In this document: piece by piece, positions 31,561-42,365 of the stretch
Numbering within the stretch: the first letter of the stretch is position 1
How the letters are laid out: the number at the start of each line of letters is the position of its first letter
NCBI GenBank assembly: GCA_963709585.1
Contig: CAVPXI010000013.1
Span: forward strand, 1-64,000
Length of the DNA: 64,000 nt
Origin: Candidatus Dormiibacterota bacterium
Lineage (GTDB): Bacteria; Chloroflexota; Dormibacteria; Aeolococcales; Aeolococcaceae
Direction of reading: 5' to 3'
The notes under the pieces: model-generated
The model's database searches: none
Seen by the model: the letters and a program-made list of their open reading frames with translations, nothing else
What the model was told of the DNA's origin: nothing
Program-made: the position numbers and the translations under genes

Positions 31561-32351
31561 ACGCCGTCAAGAAACCGACGCTCGCGGTCTGGAAGTTCTC
31601 ATCGTGCGACGGGTGCCAGCTCACCCTCCTGGACTGCGAGGACGAGTTGCTGGCCGTGGCCGGGCAGGTTGAGATCGCCTATTTCCTCGAGGCTTCGCGC
31701 GCTGTGCTCTCCGGGCCGTACGACCTCTCGATCGTCGAGGGTTCGATGACCACGGCCGACGATATCGAGCGCATTCGCGAGGTTCGTCGCCTCAGCGGCC
31801 ATGTGGTGTCCATCGGGGCGTGCGCCACGGCCGGCGGGATTCAGGCACTCCGGAACTTCGCCGACGTGCGCGAGTTCACCTCCATCGTGTATGCGCATCC
31901 GGAGTACATCCGCACCCTCGAGCATTCGACGCCACCATCGGCCCATATCGATGTCGACTTCGAGCTCCACGGCTGTCCGATCGACAAGCACCAGTTGCTC
32001 GAGGTGATCACGGCATTCCTCCGCGGTCGGCGACCGCAGATCGCATCGCATTCCGTCTGTGTCGAATGCAAGCGGCGAGGCACTGTGTGCGTGATGGTCT
32101 CGAAGGGTATCCCCTGTCTCGGACCGGTCACCCATGCCGGCTGCGGCGCGATCTGCCCCACCTATGATCGTGGTTGCTATGGGTGCTTCGGGCCCGCGGA
32201 TACCACCAATGTTCCTGCGTTCGTCGCTGCCCTGGGCAGTGCGGGGATCTCAGGCTTCGACCTGGTTCGGGTCTTTCGAACCTTCAACGCCGATGCGCCG
32301 GCGTTTCGCGATGCAAGTACGAGTGCGGAGGCCGCGGTGACCAACCCATGA
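31557..32351 (+). CDS. hyhS: Group 3b hydrogenase small (delta) subunit
   Basis: [44 protein letters not shown]. Confidence 0.92.
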   Translation: MNAVKKPTLAVWKFSSCDGCQLTLLDCEDELLAVAGQVEIAYFLEASRAVLSGPYDLSIVEGSMTTADDIERIREVRRLSGHVVSIGACATAGGIQALRNFADVREFTSIVYAHPEYIRTLEHSTPPSAHIDVDFELHGCPIDKHQLLEVITAFLRGRRPQIASHSVCVECKRRGTVCVMVSKGIPCLGPVTHAGCGAICPTYDRGCYGCFGPADTTNVPAFVAALGSAGISGFDLVRVFRTFNADAPAFRDASTSAEAAVTNP

Positions 32352-33652
32352 CCCATACCAACGGCGGCTCGCGTACGCTCTCGGTCGCGTCGCTCGCTCG
32401 CATCGAGGGCGAGGGGAGCATGCACGTGGTCGTGCGCGACGGGATTGTTCGTGACGTCGAACTGCGTATCTTCGAGCCACCCCGATTCTTTGAAGCCTTC
32501 CTCCGCGGACGTTCATACACCGAGCTGCCCGACATCACGGCTCGGATCTGCGGGATCTGTCCGGTCGCATATCAGATGAGTGCCTGCCAGGCGATCGAGA
32601 ACGCCTGCGGGGTCGTCATCGACGACCAGGTCCGCGCACTGCGCCGCCTGCTTTACTGCGGCGAGTGGATCGAGAGCCACACGTTGCACATCTATCTGCT
32701 GCATGCGCCCGACTTCCTCGGGTACGAGAGTTCGATCGACCTGGCTCGTGATCATCGCGACATCGTCGAACGCGGCCTCAAGCTTAAGAAGATCGGTAAC
32801 GACATCCTCAACGTGCTTGGCGGACGCGCGATCCATCCTGTCAACGTGCGCGTCGGCGGCTTCTACAAGGCGCCCCTGGTCGGCGACCTCGAGGCGCTCG
32901 CCGAGCGTCTCCAGTGGGCGCGGGATGCCGCGATCACCACCGCGCGTTGGGTTGCAGGGTTCGAGTTCCCTGACCTCACGCTGGAGGGAGACCTGGTCGC
33001 GTTGCACAACGACAACGAGTATCCGGTCCTCGAAGGGCGCATCGCCTCGACCGCGGGTCTGGACATCGCCGTCGCGGACTTTCCCGACCATTTCACCGAA
33101 GAACACGTGGCGCATTCCACAGCGCTCCAGGGGCACGCTCGAACCGGCGACCTGTATACGCTCGGACCCCTCGCCCGCTACAACCTCAACTTCGATGTGC
33201 TGCCTCCGCTCGTCAGGCAGGTGGCGGCCGACGTCGGCGTCGCCGGCAGCTGTCGAAACCCGTTTCAGAGCATCATCGTCCGCGCGCTGGAGGTGGTATT
33301 CGCCTGCGACGAAGCGCTGCGAATCATCGCCGCGTACGAGCCTCCGGCCGCACCGCATGCCGTGATGCCCGCGCGCGCCGGCACCGGTCATGGATGCACC
33401 GAGGCACCACGGGGCTCGCTGTACCATCGCTACACGATCGACGCCGGCGGCCTCATCCGTGATGCGGTGATCGTGCCGCCGACCTCACAGAACCAGCCAT
33501 CGATCGAACACAGCCTCCGCCAGTTCGTCCAGGATCGTCTCAATCTCGATGATGCCGAGCTGACCCGGCAGTGCGAGCAGGCGATCCGCAATTACGACCC
33601 TTGCATCTCCTGCGCGACCCACTTCCTCGATCTCAGCGTGGACCGCGGGTGA
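32348..33652 (+). CDS. hyhL: Group 3b [NiFe]-hydrogenase large (alpha) subunit
   Basis: RIEGEG, EPPRFFE, L1 RICGICP, EAPRG, L2 DPCISCATH plus C-terminal tail. Confidence 0.95.
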   Translation: MTHTNGGSRTLSVASLARIEGEGSMHVVVRDGIVRDVELRIFEPPRFFEAFLRGRSYTELPDITARICGICPVAYQMSACQAIENACGVVIDDQVRALRRLLYCGEWIESHTLHIYLLHAPDFLGYESSIDLARDHRDIVERGLKLKKIGNDILNVLGGRAIHPVNVRVGGFYKAPLVGDLEALAERLQWARDAAITTARWVAGFEFPDLTLEGDLVALHNDNEYPVLEGRIASTAGLDIAVADFPDHFTEEHVAHSTALQGHARTGDLYTLGPLARYNLNFDVLPPLVRQVAADVGVAGSCRNPFQSIIVRALEVVFACDEALRIIAAYEPPAAPHAVMPARAGTGHGCTEAPRGSLYHRYTIDAGGLIRDAVIVPPTSQNQPSIEHSLRQFVQDRLNLDDAELTRQCEQAIRNYDPCISCATHFLDLSVDRG

Positions 33653-34149
33653 GCGGCCCGACGGTTGTCATCGGGATCGGCAACCGCTTCCGTCGAGACG
33701 ACGGCGCCGCACTTCACGTCATCGAGATGCTGCGCGACCGCGTTCCGGCGTCCGTGCTCCTTGTGGAAAGTGACGGTGAACCCACCCGGCTCATCGATTC
33801 CTGGACGGATGTCCAGCTCGCCGTCGTCGTCGAGACCGTTCGCCGTGGCGAGCCCCCGGGGACCGTCTTCGCAGTCGAGTGGGAGATGTGGACTGACTTT
33901 ACTGCGACCCCCCATCGCGAACACGGCTCGCACAGCCTCGGGGTGCTCGAGGCAATCGCGCTCGGCGACGCCGTCGGTCGCATGCCAGGCCGGCTTCGTC
34001 TCATCGGCATCGAGCCCGAGGATGTCGGATGGGGTGAGGGACTGTCGCCGGCCATTGCGACGGGTGTCGACAACGCCGCGCGCCTCGTCCTTGACTACTT
34101 GGGGGTGACGCCCCCTGCGTCGGGTGTGAGCGGGCGCACACGTCGATAG
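33649..34149 (+). CDS. Hydrogenase maturation protease
   Basis: [20 protein letters not shown]; follows the large subunit. Confidence 0.88.
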   Translation: MSGPTVVIGIGNRFRRDDGAALHVIEMLRDRVPASVLLVESDGEPTRLIDSWTDVQLAVVVETVRRGEPPGTVFAVEWEMWTDFTATPHREHGSHSLGVLEAIALGDAVGRMPGRLRLIGIEPEDVGWGEGLSPAIATGVDNAARLVLDYLGVTPPASGVSGRTRR

Positions 34150-35867
34150 GCAGGCTCCCACATGGCCATCCGGACCTGAGCGCTGGCGGCACGCACCTCC
34201 GCACGAGCCACTCCTTCAGCCTTCGCTGCTCGCGCCACGGCGGCCGCGACTTGCAGGGAGACCTCTCTCACCTGATCCACCGGCGGCATGACCGGTGCCC
34301 CTGGACGCGATGCGTCCACGAACTCCGCGACCGTGTCGGCTGCAGCCAGCAGCATGCCGTCGCTGACCGCCCGGGCTCTAGCCACGATAGTGCCGAGCCC
34401 AAGGCCCGGAAAGACCAGCGCGTTGTTCGCCTGGCCGATCGTGTACGTCACGCCCCCGTGCTCGACCGGAGGGAACGGGCTGCCGGTTGCGACCAGGGCG
34501 CGACCGTCGCTCCACCTGATCAGATCCGACGGTACCGCCTCGGAAAGCGAGGTCGGGTTAGACAGCGCGAAGATGATCGGCCGCTCCGCATGGGAGGCCA
34601 TCTCGCGAACCACCGCCTCGGTAAACGATGAGGGTTGGGCGGCGCAGCCAATCAACACAGTGGGCTGCACCGCTCGCACCACTTCGAGCAGGCCGATCTC
34701 CCCTCCGTCACATTGCCAGGTGCGTACCTCCGCCCAAGCCCGGGCGTAGGCACGCTGGAAATCGCGCATCCCGGCGGCCATGCCCTCGACGAGGAGACCA
34801 TGGCTGCCCAGACACCAGACCCGGCGTCTCGCCTCGTCGCCTGACATGCCGTCGCGCACCATCGCGCTGCAGATGAAGTCGGCGATGCCAACCCCGGCGG
34901 TCCCCGCACCGAACACCACCACGCGTTGGTCGCTGAGTGTTGTCCCCGCGGCGCGCGCTGCCGCCATTACCCCGCCGAGCACGACTGCCCCGGTTCCCTG
35001 CATGTCGTCGTTGAACGTGCAGGTCGTCTCGCGATAGCGATCGAGAATCCGCCGCGCGTTGCTGGCGCCGAAGTCTTCCCAGTGGAGGAGCGCGTTGGGG
35101 AAGCGAGACGTCGCAGAGCGGACAAACCGGTCGATGAACCTGTCGTAGGCGTCCCCGCGCACGCGCGGGTGCCGAGCGCCCATGTAGGCCGGGTACTCGA
35201 GTAACTCCTGGCGATCGGTGCCGACGTCGAGCATCACCGGAATCGCCCGGGTGGGGTCGATTCCCGCGGCGGCGGTATACACCGCGAGCTTGCCGACCGA
35301 GATCGCGATGCCTCCTATCCCCCAGTCGCCGATGCCGAGGATCTGTTCGGCGTCGGTCGCGACGATCAGGTCGATGTCTTCGGGAGCAGCACCGTAATTC
35401 TTGAAGGTCACGTCGATATCGTCTGGGTCGTCAACACAGAGGTAGACGCCACGCGGACGTTGGAATTCCTTGCTGTACCGTTCGATCGCCTCGCCGACCG
35501 TGGGCGTGTAGACGATCGGGAGCATCTCGGCGAGATGCTCGCTGAGCACACGGTAGTACAGCACCTCATTGCGATCGTGGAGCGAGTCCAGAAAGAGGTG
35601 CTTGGCGAGATCGTCTCCCTGGTGGCGATATTGCACGTAGGATCGCTCCGCCTGCAAATCGATCGTGGTGACCGCAGTCGGCAGCAGTCCCCGCAGACCG
35701 AGCGCGGTCCGCTCCTCGAGTGTGAAGGCGGACCCCTTGTTGAGCACCGGTGCCTCCAGGATGTCCCGGCCGCGTCGGCTGGTCTCGTACGCCCCGTCGG
35801 GCGCGACCCGAAATGGCCGCTGCGGCTGCGGCGATTCCGGCCGTGCCGTCAGGGAAGCGCTTCTCAA
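34095..35867 (-). CDS. maeA: NAD-dependent malic enzyme
   Basis: LNKGSAF, VYTPTVG, ILGIGDWG, WEDFG, FNDDMQGT, GAGTAG, LSNPT, QANNALVFPG. Confidence 0.93.
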   Translation of the reverse strand: MRSASLTARPESPQPQRPFRVAPDGAYETSRRGRDILEAPVLNKGSAFTLEERTALGLRGLLPTAVTTIDLQAERSYVQYRHQGDDLAKHLFLDSLHDRNEVLYYRVLSEHLAEMLPIVYTPTVGEAIERYSKEFQRPRGVYLCVDDPDDIDVTFKNYGAAPEDIDLIVATDAEQILGIGDWGIGGIAISVGKLAVYTAAAGIDPTRAIPVMLDVGTDRQELLEYPAYMGARHPRVRGDAYDRFIDRFVRSATSRFPNALLHWEDFGASNARRILDRYRETTCTFNDDMQGTGAVVLGGVMAAARAAGTTLSDQRVVVFGAGTAGVGIADFICSAMVRDGMSGDEARRRVWCLGSHGLLVEGMAAGMRDFQRAYARAWAEVRTWQCDGGEIGLLEVVRAVQPTVLIGCAAQPSSFTEAVVREMASHAERPIIFALSNPTSLSEAVPSDLIRWSDGRALVATGSPFPPVEHGGVTYTIGQANNALVFPGLGLGTIVARARAVSDGMLLAAADTVAEFVDASRPGAPVMPPVDQVREVSLQVAAAVARAAKAEGVARAEVRAASAQVRMAMWEPAYRRVRPLTPDAGGVTPK

Positions 35868-36286
35868 TGGGCGACCATGACGGGCACTTTGGCGGTGTGA
35901 ACGAGCTTGTTCGAGACACTGCCCACGAGCATGCCAGTCAGGCTCGACAATCCACGCCGCCCCACGACGATGAGATCCGCACCGCTCTCGTCCGCAAATT
36001 CAGTGATCTTGCGCGGGACGTCGCGGGTGTGTGCTTGTAGCAGGTGACCGTGGGCGACGACTCCGCTCTCCTTCAACTGCTGAATCGCTGCCGCGACGAC
36101 TGCCTGGGCCTCGGCGGGCGTTTCGAGATCGGGGGACATGCCTGCTTTTGAAGGCACGGGGTCGTGCTCATGGACGTGGACCACCTCGACAGCCGAACCC
36201 GTCTTGACGGCAAGGCCGGCAGCGGCAGTCAGCGCGGCCTGAGAGAACTCAGAACCGTCGATCGCAACCACGATTTTGTCGAACAT
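35864..36286 (-). CDS. Universal stress protein
   Basis: KIVVAIDGS...ADLIVVGRRG...GSVSNKL. Confidence 0.93.
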   Translation of the reverse strand: MFDKIVVAIDGSEFSQAALTAAAGLAVKTGSAVEVVHVHEHDPVPSKAGMSPDLETPAEAQAVVAAAIQQLKESGVVAHGHLLQAHTRDVPRKITEFADESGADLIVVGRRGLSSLTGMLVGSVSNKLVHTAKVPVMVAH

Positions 36287-36421
36287 GTCGGTCGGCCTCC
36301 TTGTGATCTTCCGAGTTGTGTGCTCATAAGCTTCTGGCGGGTTCCCTGTCCACGTGCCCCATGCAGCGGCGTGAAGCCGTTCGCCATGACAAGCAGAACG
36401 GGTTGCGGCACCACCGCGCAA

Positions 36422-36566
36422 GGGTCATTGGTCGCGTGATCAGAGGTCATCCGGAGGACGTTGGCGCCGAGCGCCCTGAGCCGATCGGCTGCCTCTCGGA
36501 CGACAGCCCTTACCTCGCCACGTCATCCTGTGACCAAAGGCCCTGTAGACACGGGCCATTCGACAC
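36422..36566. promoter_or_regulatory. DevR-box-like sites in the divergent USP/four-Cys gene promoter
   Basis: GGGTCATTGGTCGC (36422), GTGACCAAAGGCCC (36530), GGGCCATTCGACAC (36553). Confidence 0.7.
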
Positions 36567-36602
36567 TGTGCGGCACCTCCGGATCGCGACCAACCTTACG
36601 GT

Positions 36603-36851
36603 GTGCGCAACACCGATCGTCTCTTCAGCATCGTGGACCCGAACACTCGCCGGCTGGTTGGCCTGTGCTCTGGACCGGAAGAGGACGGAACGTGCCTGAC
36701 GACGCGTATGGGCGCCCTCCCGTGTGAAGGGCGGCAGATCATTCCCCTGCACGGCACGTCCGTTGACGGATTGCCTTTCACGGTCGTCGGCGGACATTCT
36801 CCCGCCTGTCCACTCGCATGGGTCGACGGTGCTCGTCCGCGGGTGCCGTGA
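36603..36851 (+). CDS. Small four-Cys protein (paralog of 18082..18312)
   Basis: DPNT...CSGPEEDGTC...CEG...CPL. Confidence 0.7.
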   Translation: MRNTDRLFSIVDPNTRRLVGLCSGPEEDGTCLTTRMGALPCEGRQIIPLHGTSVDGLPFTVVGGHSPACPLAWVDGARPRVP

Positions 36852-36972
36852 CCTGATCGAGGGAACGCGAACCCAAGCCGGCGATCGCCGTGCCGCACGA
36901 GGAGGAACGTTCTCGGGCGGATCATCCACCATGTTGGTTTAAGGCTGGATGCTCATCGGCGCGGGTCACGAG

Positions 36973-37977
36973 TTAAGGTGAGCTCGCGCCCGTGCCGGGC
37001 CGTCGCCTCATCTCCGCGTAATGACGCCGCCAGATCAACCGGTGAATCGGAATCCAGCGGGGGATATCTCGCAAGCCGGGAATGAACGGCACCAGCAGAA
37101 GCAGAGCGGTCAGCAGGAGCATCACCCCGACCACTGCAAGGTCCGTGTTCGCACTGCTGATGCCGAGGAATCCGGTGGACGAGTTGAAGGGTGGAACCTG
37201 GTACCACATCGTATAGAGCCAGAGCCACGCTGAACCCGGGTAGCGCCCGGTCTCGTTCATCACGCCCCAGTCACTGCCGATGAGCTTCTGTTGCGCCGCG
37301 AGGGCGGCGATGTAGCCTCCGTCATCGAGGAACAACAGCGGCCGGGAGAAATCGGTCTGATAGAAGTGGTTGCTGGTCAGGAGCAGCGCGTCGAGGCCGC
37401 CGGACCTGGCCAGCGTGAGCATGCGGTCCATGAGCACCGACACCGGGCCATAGTCCCCCGAGGGAACGGTCACGGTGCCGTCCGCCGCCACCGACGCCGT
37501 ACCGAGACCGGTGGTGTAGTTGGTGAGCCATTTCTGCTGCTGATCGCCCGACGCCGTGTTGTATGCGGTCAACGCCAGGGCAAGCCCCGAATCCCCGGCG
37601 GTTGCCTGGGTGAGCGGCTGGAGCACGAAATCGTTGGGCGCGTCGACGGGGACATGCACCCCCGCCCACTGCTGCGGAGACAGCGGACCCCAGCTCTGCA
37701 CCGACCCACTCCCCGAGTTGTACGGCGGCCCGTACGAGGCGACCACAGTAGAACCGGCGAGTTCGCCGGAGGCGGTCGTGAGGAAGTCCACGGGGTCCGC
37801 CTTAGACCAGCTCTGCAGCGTCACCGACGGCACGTCCGGCGACGACAGCACCGCTGAGAGCACCAGCACGAGACCCAGCACGCCGACCATCGCGATCGTG
37901 ACCTCTTTCAGGAGGTCGTAGGGAATCATCCTGACGCCCCGGTAGTAGGTCTTCTTGTCGACCTTGGAGGTCTTCAC
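36973..37977 (-). CDS. Membrane protein coupled to the cytochrome b gene
   Basis: PYDLLKEV then TM, large soluble region, WLWLYTMWYQVPPF and C-terminal TM; GTGA overlap with cyt b stop. Confidence 0.8.
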   Translation of the reverse strand: MKTSKVDKKTYYRGVRMIPYDLLKEVTIAMVGVLGLVLVLSAVLSSPDVPSVTLQSWSKADPVDFLTTASGELAGSTVVASYGPPYNSGSGSVQSWGPLSPQQWAGVHVPVDAPNDFVLQPLTQATAGDSGLALALTAYNTASGDQQQKWLTNYTTGLGTASVAADGTVTVPSGDYGPVSVLMDRMLTLARSGGLDALLLTSNHFYQTDFSRPLLFLDDGGYIAALAAQQKLIGSDWGVMNETGRYPGSAWLWLYTMWYQVPPFNSSTGFLGISSANTDLAVVGVMLLLTALLLLVPFIPGLRDIPRWIPIHRLIWRRHYAEMRRRPGTGASSP

Positions 37978-38651
37978 GGCGCCACCTGCATCGGATCGTC
38001 GATCGGCCGCACCACGCCTTTGGCTCGCACCTGAATGATGTGCAGCACCACCAGGAGGGTCACTCCGATCGGGAACAGCATCACGTGCAGCCCGTACATC
38101 TGACCGAAGTTGAGTGCGTTGAACAGTCCGCCGAAGCCCGTGGAGTTGATCGCGTCCTTGGCGTTGATCGCGATCCATTGCGAGTCGAAGTTCTGCTGAA
38201 CGACGTACCCGGTGAAGGCCGTGCCGACGCTGACCGCAAAGATCACTACGCCGATCATCCAGGTCTTGGCCCTCCCGTCTCGCCAGCCGGCTCCCCAATA
38301 CTGTCCCCAGAGGTGGAGCACCATGAAGATGAAGAACATCTGGACGGACCAGAAATGAATGCTGTTGAAGAAATGTCCAATTGATGACACGTGCCACCAC
38401 TCGGATCCAAAGAATGCGAGCACCACGCCGCTGAGCACCACCCAGAACAACGCGGCGATGGTCACCACTCCGAAAACGTAGACCCACGAGCCGACGTAGG
38501 CGGGCTGCTTGGTGGGGAGCAGTTCGCTGATGGGTAGCGTCTTCTCAACACGCCGGCGTACGGACGCCGTCCATCCTGTCTCATCGTCGACGCCGGAGGG
38601 GGCGGTCGTGACCGACGCGTCGAGGGTGACGGGTGCGCTCTCGTCAGTCAT
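37974..38651 (-). CDS. Cytochrome b/b6 N-terminal domain protein
   Basis: Heme-ligand His pairs IHFWS...VLHL and LHVM...VLHI; AFTGY; four TM helices. Confidence 0.88.
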   Translation of the reverse strand: MTDESAPVTLDASVTTAPSGVDDETGWTASVRRRVEKTLPISELLPTKQPAYVGSWVYVFGVVTIAALFWVVLSGVVLAFFGSEWWHVSSIGHFFNSIHFWSVQMFFIFMVLHLWGQYWGAGWRDGRAKTWMIGVVIFAVSVGTAFTGYVVQQNFDSQWIAINAKDAINSTGFGGLFNALNFGQMYGLHVMLFPIGVTLLVVLHIIQVRAKGVVRPIDDPMQVAP

Positions 38652-38793
38652 CGTGCGGCTCCTTCGGCCGATGCGACGGGAACGGCGCGACAAGCGCCAC
38701 CACGAAGAGCGCCACCATCACGCAGATGAGGACGAAATTCGGCAGCGAGATGAGGATGAAGCCCCAGTGAATGTAGGGAGCCGGCGCGTCCAT
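38644..38793 (-). CDS. 49-aa single-TM protein (below ORF-track cutoff)
   Basis: Translated by hand: MDAPAPYIHWGFILISLPNFVLICVMVALFVVALVAPFPSHRPKEPHDD; GGAGG RBS; overlaps the cyt b start. Confidence 0.75.
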   Translation of the reverse strand: MDAPAPYIHWGFILISLPNFVLICVMVALFVVALVAPFPSHRPKEPHDD

Positions 38794-38882
38794 TGGCAGC
38801 CTCCGTGTGTCGTTGGAGTGTCACTCGCGAGTTTGTGTGCCCCCGCGAACGAGGTGGAAGGGAACGAGGTCGCCGGAATCGG

Positions 38883-38918
38883 GTGACGTAAGGCACCCGG
38901 GCGTGTGACCAACGACCC
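38883..38918. promoter_or_regulatory. Tandem DevR-box-like pair upstream of cyt b cassette
   Basis: GTGACGTAAGGCAC (38883), GTGACCAACGACCC (38905). Confidence 0.65.
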
Positions 38919-38949
38919 TGGGCGGCTCGTCGTTGCTTCCGACTTGTGG

Positions 38950-39367
38950 TCAGGTTCCGGGGATGCGCCTGCCCGTCACCTCATCCATCGAAATCCGTAC
39001 CCAGTGTTGGGTGGACCGCGTTGCCCACGAATGCAGCGGCCCCCGCCGCAACGCCTCCAGCTCGTCTTCGTCGGTGATCTCGCGCGCCGTCCCCTTGACG
39101 AGGACACTCCACCCGGCGTGGTACAGGGGCCGGCTGTCGTCGACTTCGAAGACGACCGGCGCGCCAGCGCCGACAGCGCTCAACTTGGTCCCCCGGCTCC
39201 GTGCAGAAGACGATGGACTCGTCGTCGGCGAGGTAGTTGACAGGGACGATCAACGGACGTCCATCGACGACAAGACCAACCCTGCCCACGTATGCATGGA
39301 GCTGGAGCAGTTCGATCGACTCGGTCCTGCTGAGTTCGTGCACTCTCGTTTGGGATGTGCTCTCCAC
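38950..39367 (-). CDS. Pyridoxamine 5'-phosphate oxidase-like flavin-binding protein (homopolymer frameshift ~39192)
   Basis: ELSRTESIELL...VGRVG...PVNY...VVFEVD...GWSVLVKG...VTGRRI. Confidence 0.85.
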
Positions 39368-39378
39368 TTGCTCTCCTC

Positions 39379-40053
39379 TCACGACCAATCGTTGGTTTGT
39401 CGCTTACCGGCGCTCCGCCGCGCCATGAAGGCGGCCGCCTCCGCTCGGCGTGACAACCCCAGCTTCATGAGGATGTTGGATACGTAGTTCTTCACGGTCT
39501 TCTCCGCGAGGAACACCTTCTCGGCGATCTGACGGTTGGTCATCCCTTCCGCGACCAGGTCGAGAATCTTCCGCTCCTGCGGGGTCAGGTCGGCGGTGCC
39601 GTCGTCGGGCTGCGCCCCATCGCCGCGGAGCCGGGCGAGCACCCTCGCCGTCACCGTCGGGTCGAGCAACGATTCGCCCCGGGCGACCTGCCGGATGGCC
39701 CCGACCAGGTCACTGCCGCGAACCTGCTTGAGGACGAAGCCCGCAGCGCCGGCCATGATCGAGCTGAACAGCGCCTCGTCGTCGGAATGCGCCGTGAGCA
39801 TCAGGACCTTGGTGTCGGGAAACGCTGACCGGATCTCGCGGCAGGCCTCGATCCCCGATCGGCCGGGAAGGCGGACGTCCATGATCACCACGTCCGGGCG
39901 GCTGGCCTCGACGGCCTTGAGCGCCGCGTCGGCGTCCCCGGCCTCGGCGACCACCGTGATGCCGCCGACACCCTCGAGGATGCTGCTGAGACCGCGGCGA
40001 ACAAGTTCGTGGTCGTCACAGAGCATGATCCGGATCGCGGGCTCGTCAGGCAC
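39379..40053 (-). CDS. devR: DevR/DosR-like NarL-family response regulator
   Basis: DDHELVRRGL, DVRLP..SGIEACRE, DDEALFSSIMAGAAGFVLKQ, FLAEKTVKNYVSNILMKLG. Confidence 0.85.
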   Translation of the reverse strand: MPDEPAIRIMLCDDHELVRRGLSSILEGVGGITVVAEAGDADAALKAVEASRPDVVIMDVRLPGRSGIEACREIRSAFPDTKVLMLTAHSDDEALFSSIMAGAAGFVLKQVRGSDLVGAIRQVARGESLLDPTVTARVLARLRGDGAQPDDGTADLTPQERKILDLVAEGMTNRQIAEKVFLAEKTVKNYVSNILMKLGLSRRAEAAAFMARRSAGKRQTNDWS

Positions 40054-40169
40054 GTCTGCACTGTAGCAGCGTGCCGGGGCGCCATCCGGTCAATCGGCCC
40101 GCCGAGATGGTGACCTTCTCCCCTTGGCACCTGTCGGTCGTGGATCCACCATGACAACACCGGAACGCC

Positions 40170-40661
40170 ATGAACACAATGCTTCTCCACGACTTCGCTT
40201 ACGTCCCCGTCTCCGCCGAGCGGGTGTGCGATCGAATCATGGCCGAGGATCGGGAGTGGCTCGCTCCTCTGGCCGCGGCAGCCATGAGCGAAGGGGACGC
40301 GCTTCGCCTCAGGATCGGACCGTTCGGCGCCGTGCCGTTGCTCGCAAAGACCGTGAGCCTGGAGGTCGGCGAGCCCCTCAAGCGTGACGAGGTGACCGTC
40401 GTGCCGCTCACTTGGAAGGCGACGGCGACCCCGGGGCTCTTTCCAGTGATGAGTGCCGATCTCGAGGTTGTGGCGCTGGATGCCGAGCTCACCCAGATCA
40501 CACTCAGGGGGCGCTATGAACCTCCGCTCGGTGCCGTCGGACGCCGGTTCGACCGGCTCCTCATGCATCGCATCGCAGAGGCGAGTGTCCGTTCGTTCCT
40601 CAGCCGGCTGGTTGCAACACTCACAGCCACGGAAACCGTCGCACCCGCAACCGTGCGCTGA
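40170..40661 (+). CDS. Uncharacterised protein (possible SRPBCC-like fold), paralog of 20069..20534
   Basis: LFPVMSADLE...TQITLRGRYEPPLG...HRIAEASVRSFL. Confidence 0.8.
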   Translation: MNTMLLHDFAYVPVSAERVCDRIMAEDREWLAPLAAAAMSEGDALRLRIGPFGAVPLLAKTVSLEVGEPLKRDEVTVVPLTWKATATPGLFPVMSADLEVVALDAELTQITLRGRYEPPLGAVGRRFDRLLMHRIAEASVRSFLSRLVATLTATETVAPATVR

Positions 40662-40753
40662 ACGGGACGGCCCATCGACCTTCTCGCGTGACGCCCAAAC
40701 GCGAGCCGCCACCGGTTCGTCGGCGCTCACGGCCGGGATATGATCCCGATCGG

Positions 40754-42365
40754 ATGGCACTGAGTGGCAGCCGTGCGGCGCGTTTGTTGGACACAGGGCT
40801 CGCCTTGGCTGCAGAGCTGTCTCTCCCGGCACTCCTCCAGAGGATCGTCGACGTTGCCGTCGACCTGACCGAGGCTCGGTACGGTGCGCTCGGGGTGCTG
40901 TCATCAGGTGGATCCGACCTCAGCGACTTCATCACGAGTGGGCTGAGCGCGGAACAGCGTGCCGCTATCGGTGAGTTGCCTCGCGGTCTTGGCATCCTCG
41001 GCGTGCTGATTCGTGAACCTGCGGTGCTCCGCATCCGGGACATCGCCGAGGACGCGCGTGCCACCGGCTTTCCGCCCAACCACCCGCCGATGCACTCGTT
41101 TCTCGGAGCGCCGATCCGCGCCCACGGCCGCGTCTTCGGCAACATCTACCTCACGGACAAGAAGGGGGCGCTCGAGTTCACAGAGGACGACGAGGCTGCG
41201 GCCCTCGTTCTGGCGACCCAGGCAGGGGTTGCGATCGCCAACGCGCAACTGTACGCGGAGCTGCAGCAACGCGAACGCTGGTTGGACTCGGTGCGCGAGG
41301 TGACGACCGCGCTGCTTTCCGGTGACACGGCCCGCAAGGCGCTGCGGTTGATCGCCCAGCACGCCCGCGAGCTCGGCAATGCGGACATGGCCACCATCAG
41401 CGTTCCGGATGGTCAGGGGCTGCGCATCATCGTTGCCGACGGAGCCGGAGCGCACGACCTGCTCGACGTCGAGGTGCCACTTGCCGGTTCTCTGTCGGCC
41501 GACGTGATCCGCACCGAGCGCACCATGATCGTGACCGACGCGAGCCACTCGACGTTGACGCAGCCGATGGTGAGTGTCGCCGGCGTCGGCCCGATGATCC
41601 TGGTGCCGCTCGCGCTCCGGACGAGTACCGCCGGCGTCCTGGCTGTCGGCCGTGTCGCGGGGCGCCCGGCTTTCGGATCGGCGGACACGCCTGTGCTCGA
41701 GAGCTTCGCTGAGCAGGCGAGCCTGGCCCTTGAATACGCCCGCGCCGTCTCAGAAATATCGCGTTTGGAAATCATCGAGGACCGGGAGCGGATCGCGCGT
41801 GACCTGCACGACGGCGTCATCCAGTCGCTGTTTGCGGTTGGCATCGGACTGCAAGGAACCGCTGCGGTCGTCGGTGATCCGCATCTTGCCGATCGCATCC
41901 AGCAGTTCGTCAGCGAGATCGACCGCGTGATCGGCGACGTGCGCAGTTACATCTTCGGGCTCCGCCCGAGCGTGCTGACCGCGGGCAACCTCACCAACAC
42001 CCTGGAGCAGCTCGCCCACGAGGTTGAGGAGCGGACCGGCGTCACCGTGATCGTTGAGATCGACGTTTCACTTGAAGCCGCCCTCGCCAACGCATCCGCG
42101 CAGATCGTGCATATCGTCCGCGAAGCGCTGTCGAACATGGGACGTCATTCGGGCGCGACGACCTGCCGCGTCTCGATTCTCCGCGACGCCGCATCTGCGG
42201 TCATCCAGATCGACGACGACGGGCGAGGTTTCGACGCCGCCTCGGCGCCGCGGGGGATGGGGATGGGGAACCTGGTGGAGCGGGCCGAGGCTATCGGTGG
42301 GCAATTGGAGATCGAGTTCGAAACCCGGATCGGGCACCACCATCACCGTGACCGTCCCACTGTGA
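40754..42365 (+). CDS. devS: DevS/DosT-like GAF-GAF sensor histidine kinase (frameshift at 42314-42319)
   Basis: ARYGALGV, GFPPNHPPMHSFLG, ERIARDLHDGVIQSLF, EALSN, DDGRGF; corrected C-terminus ESKPGSGTTITVTVPL*. Confidence 0.88.

Noticed and set aside
36973-38487. 504-aa ORF
   Set aside because: The first ~170 aa shadow the cytochrome b gene; the start is GTG 37977
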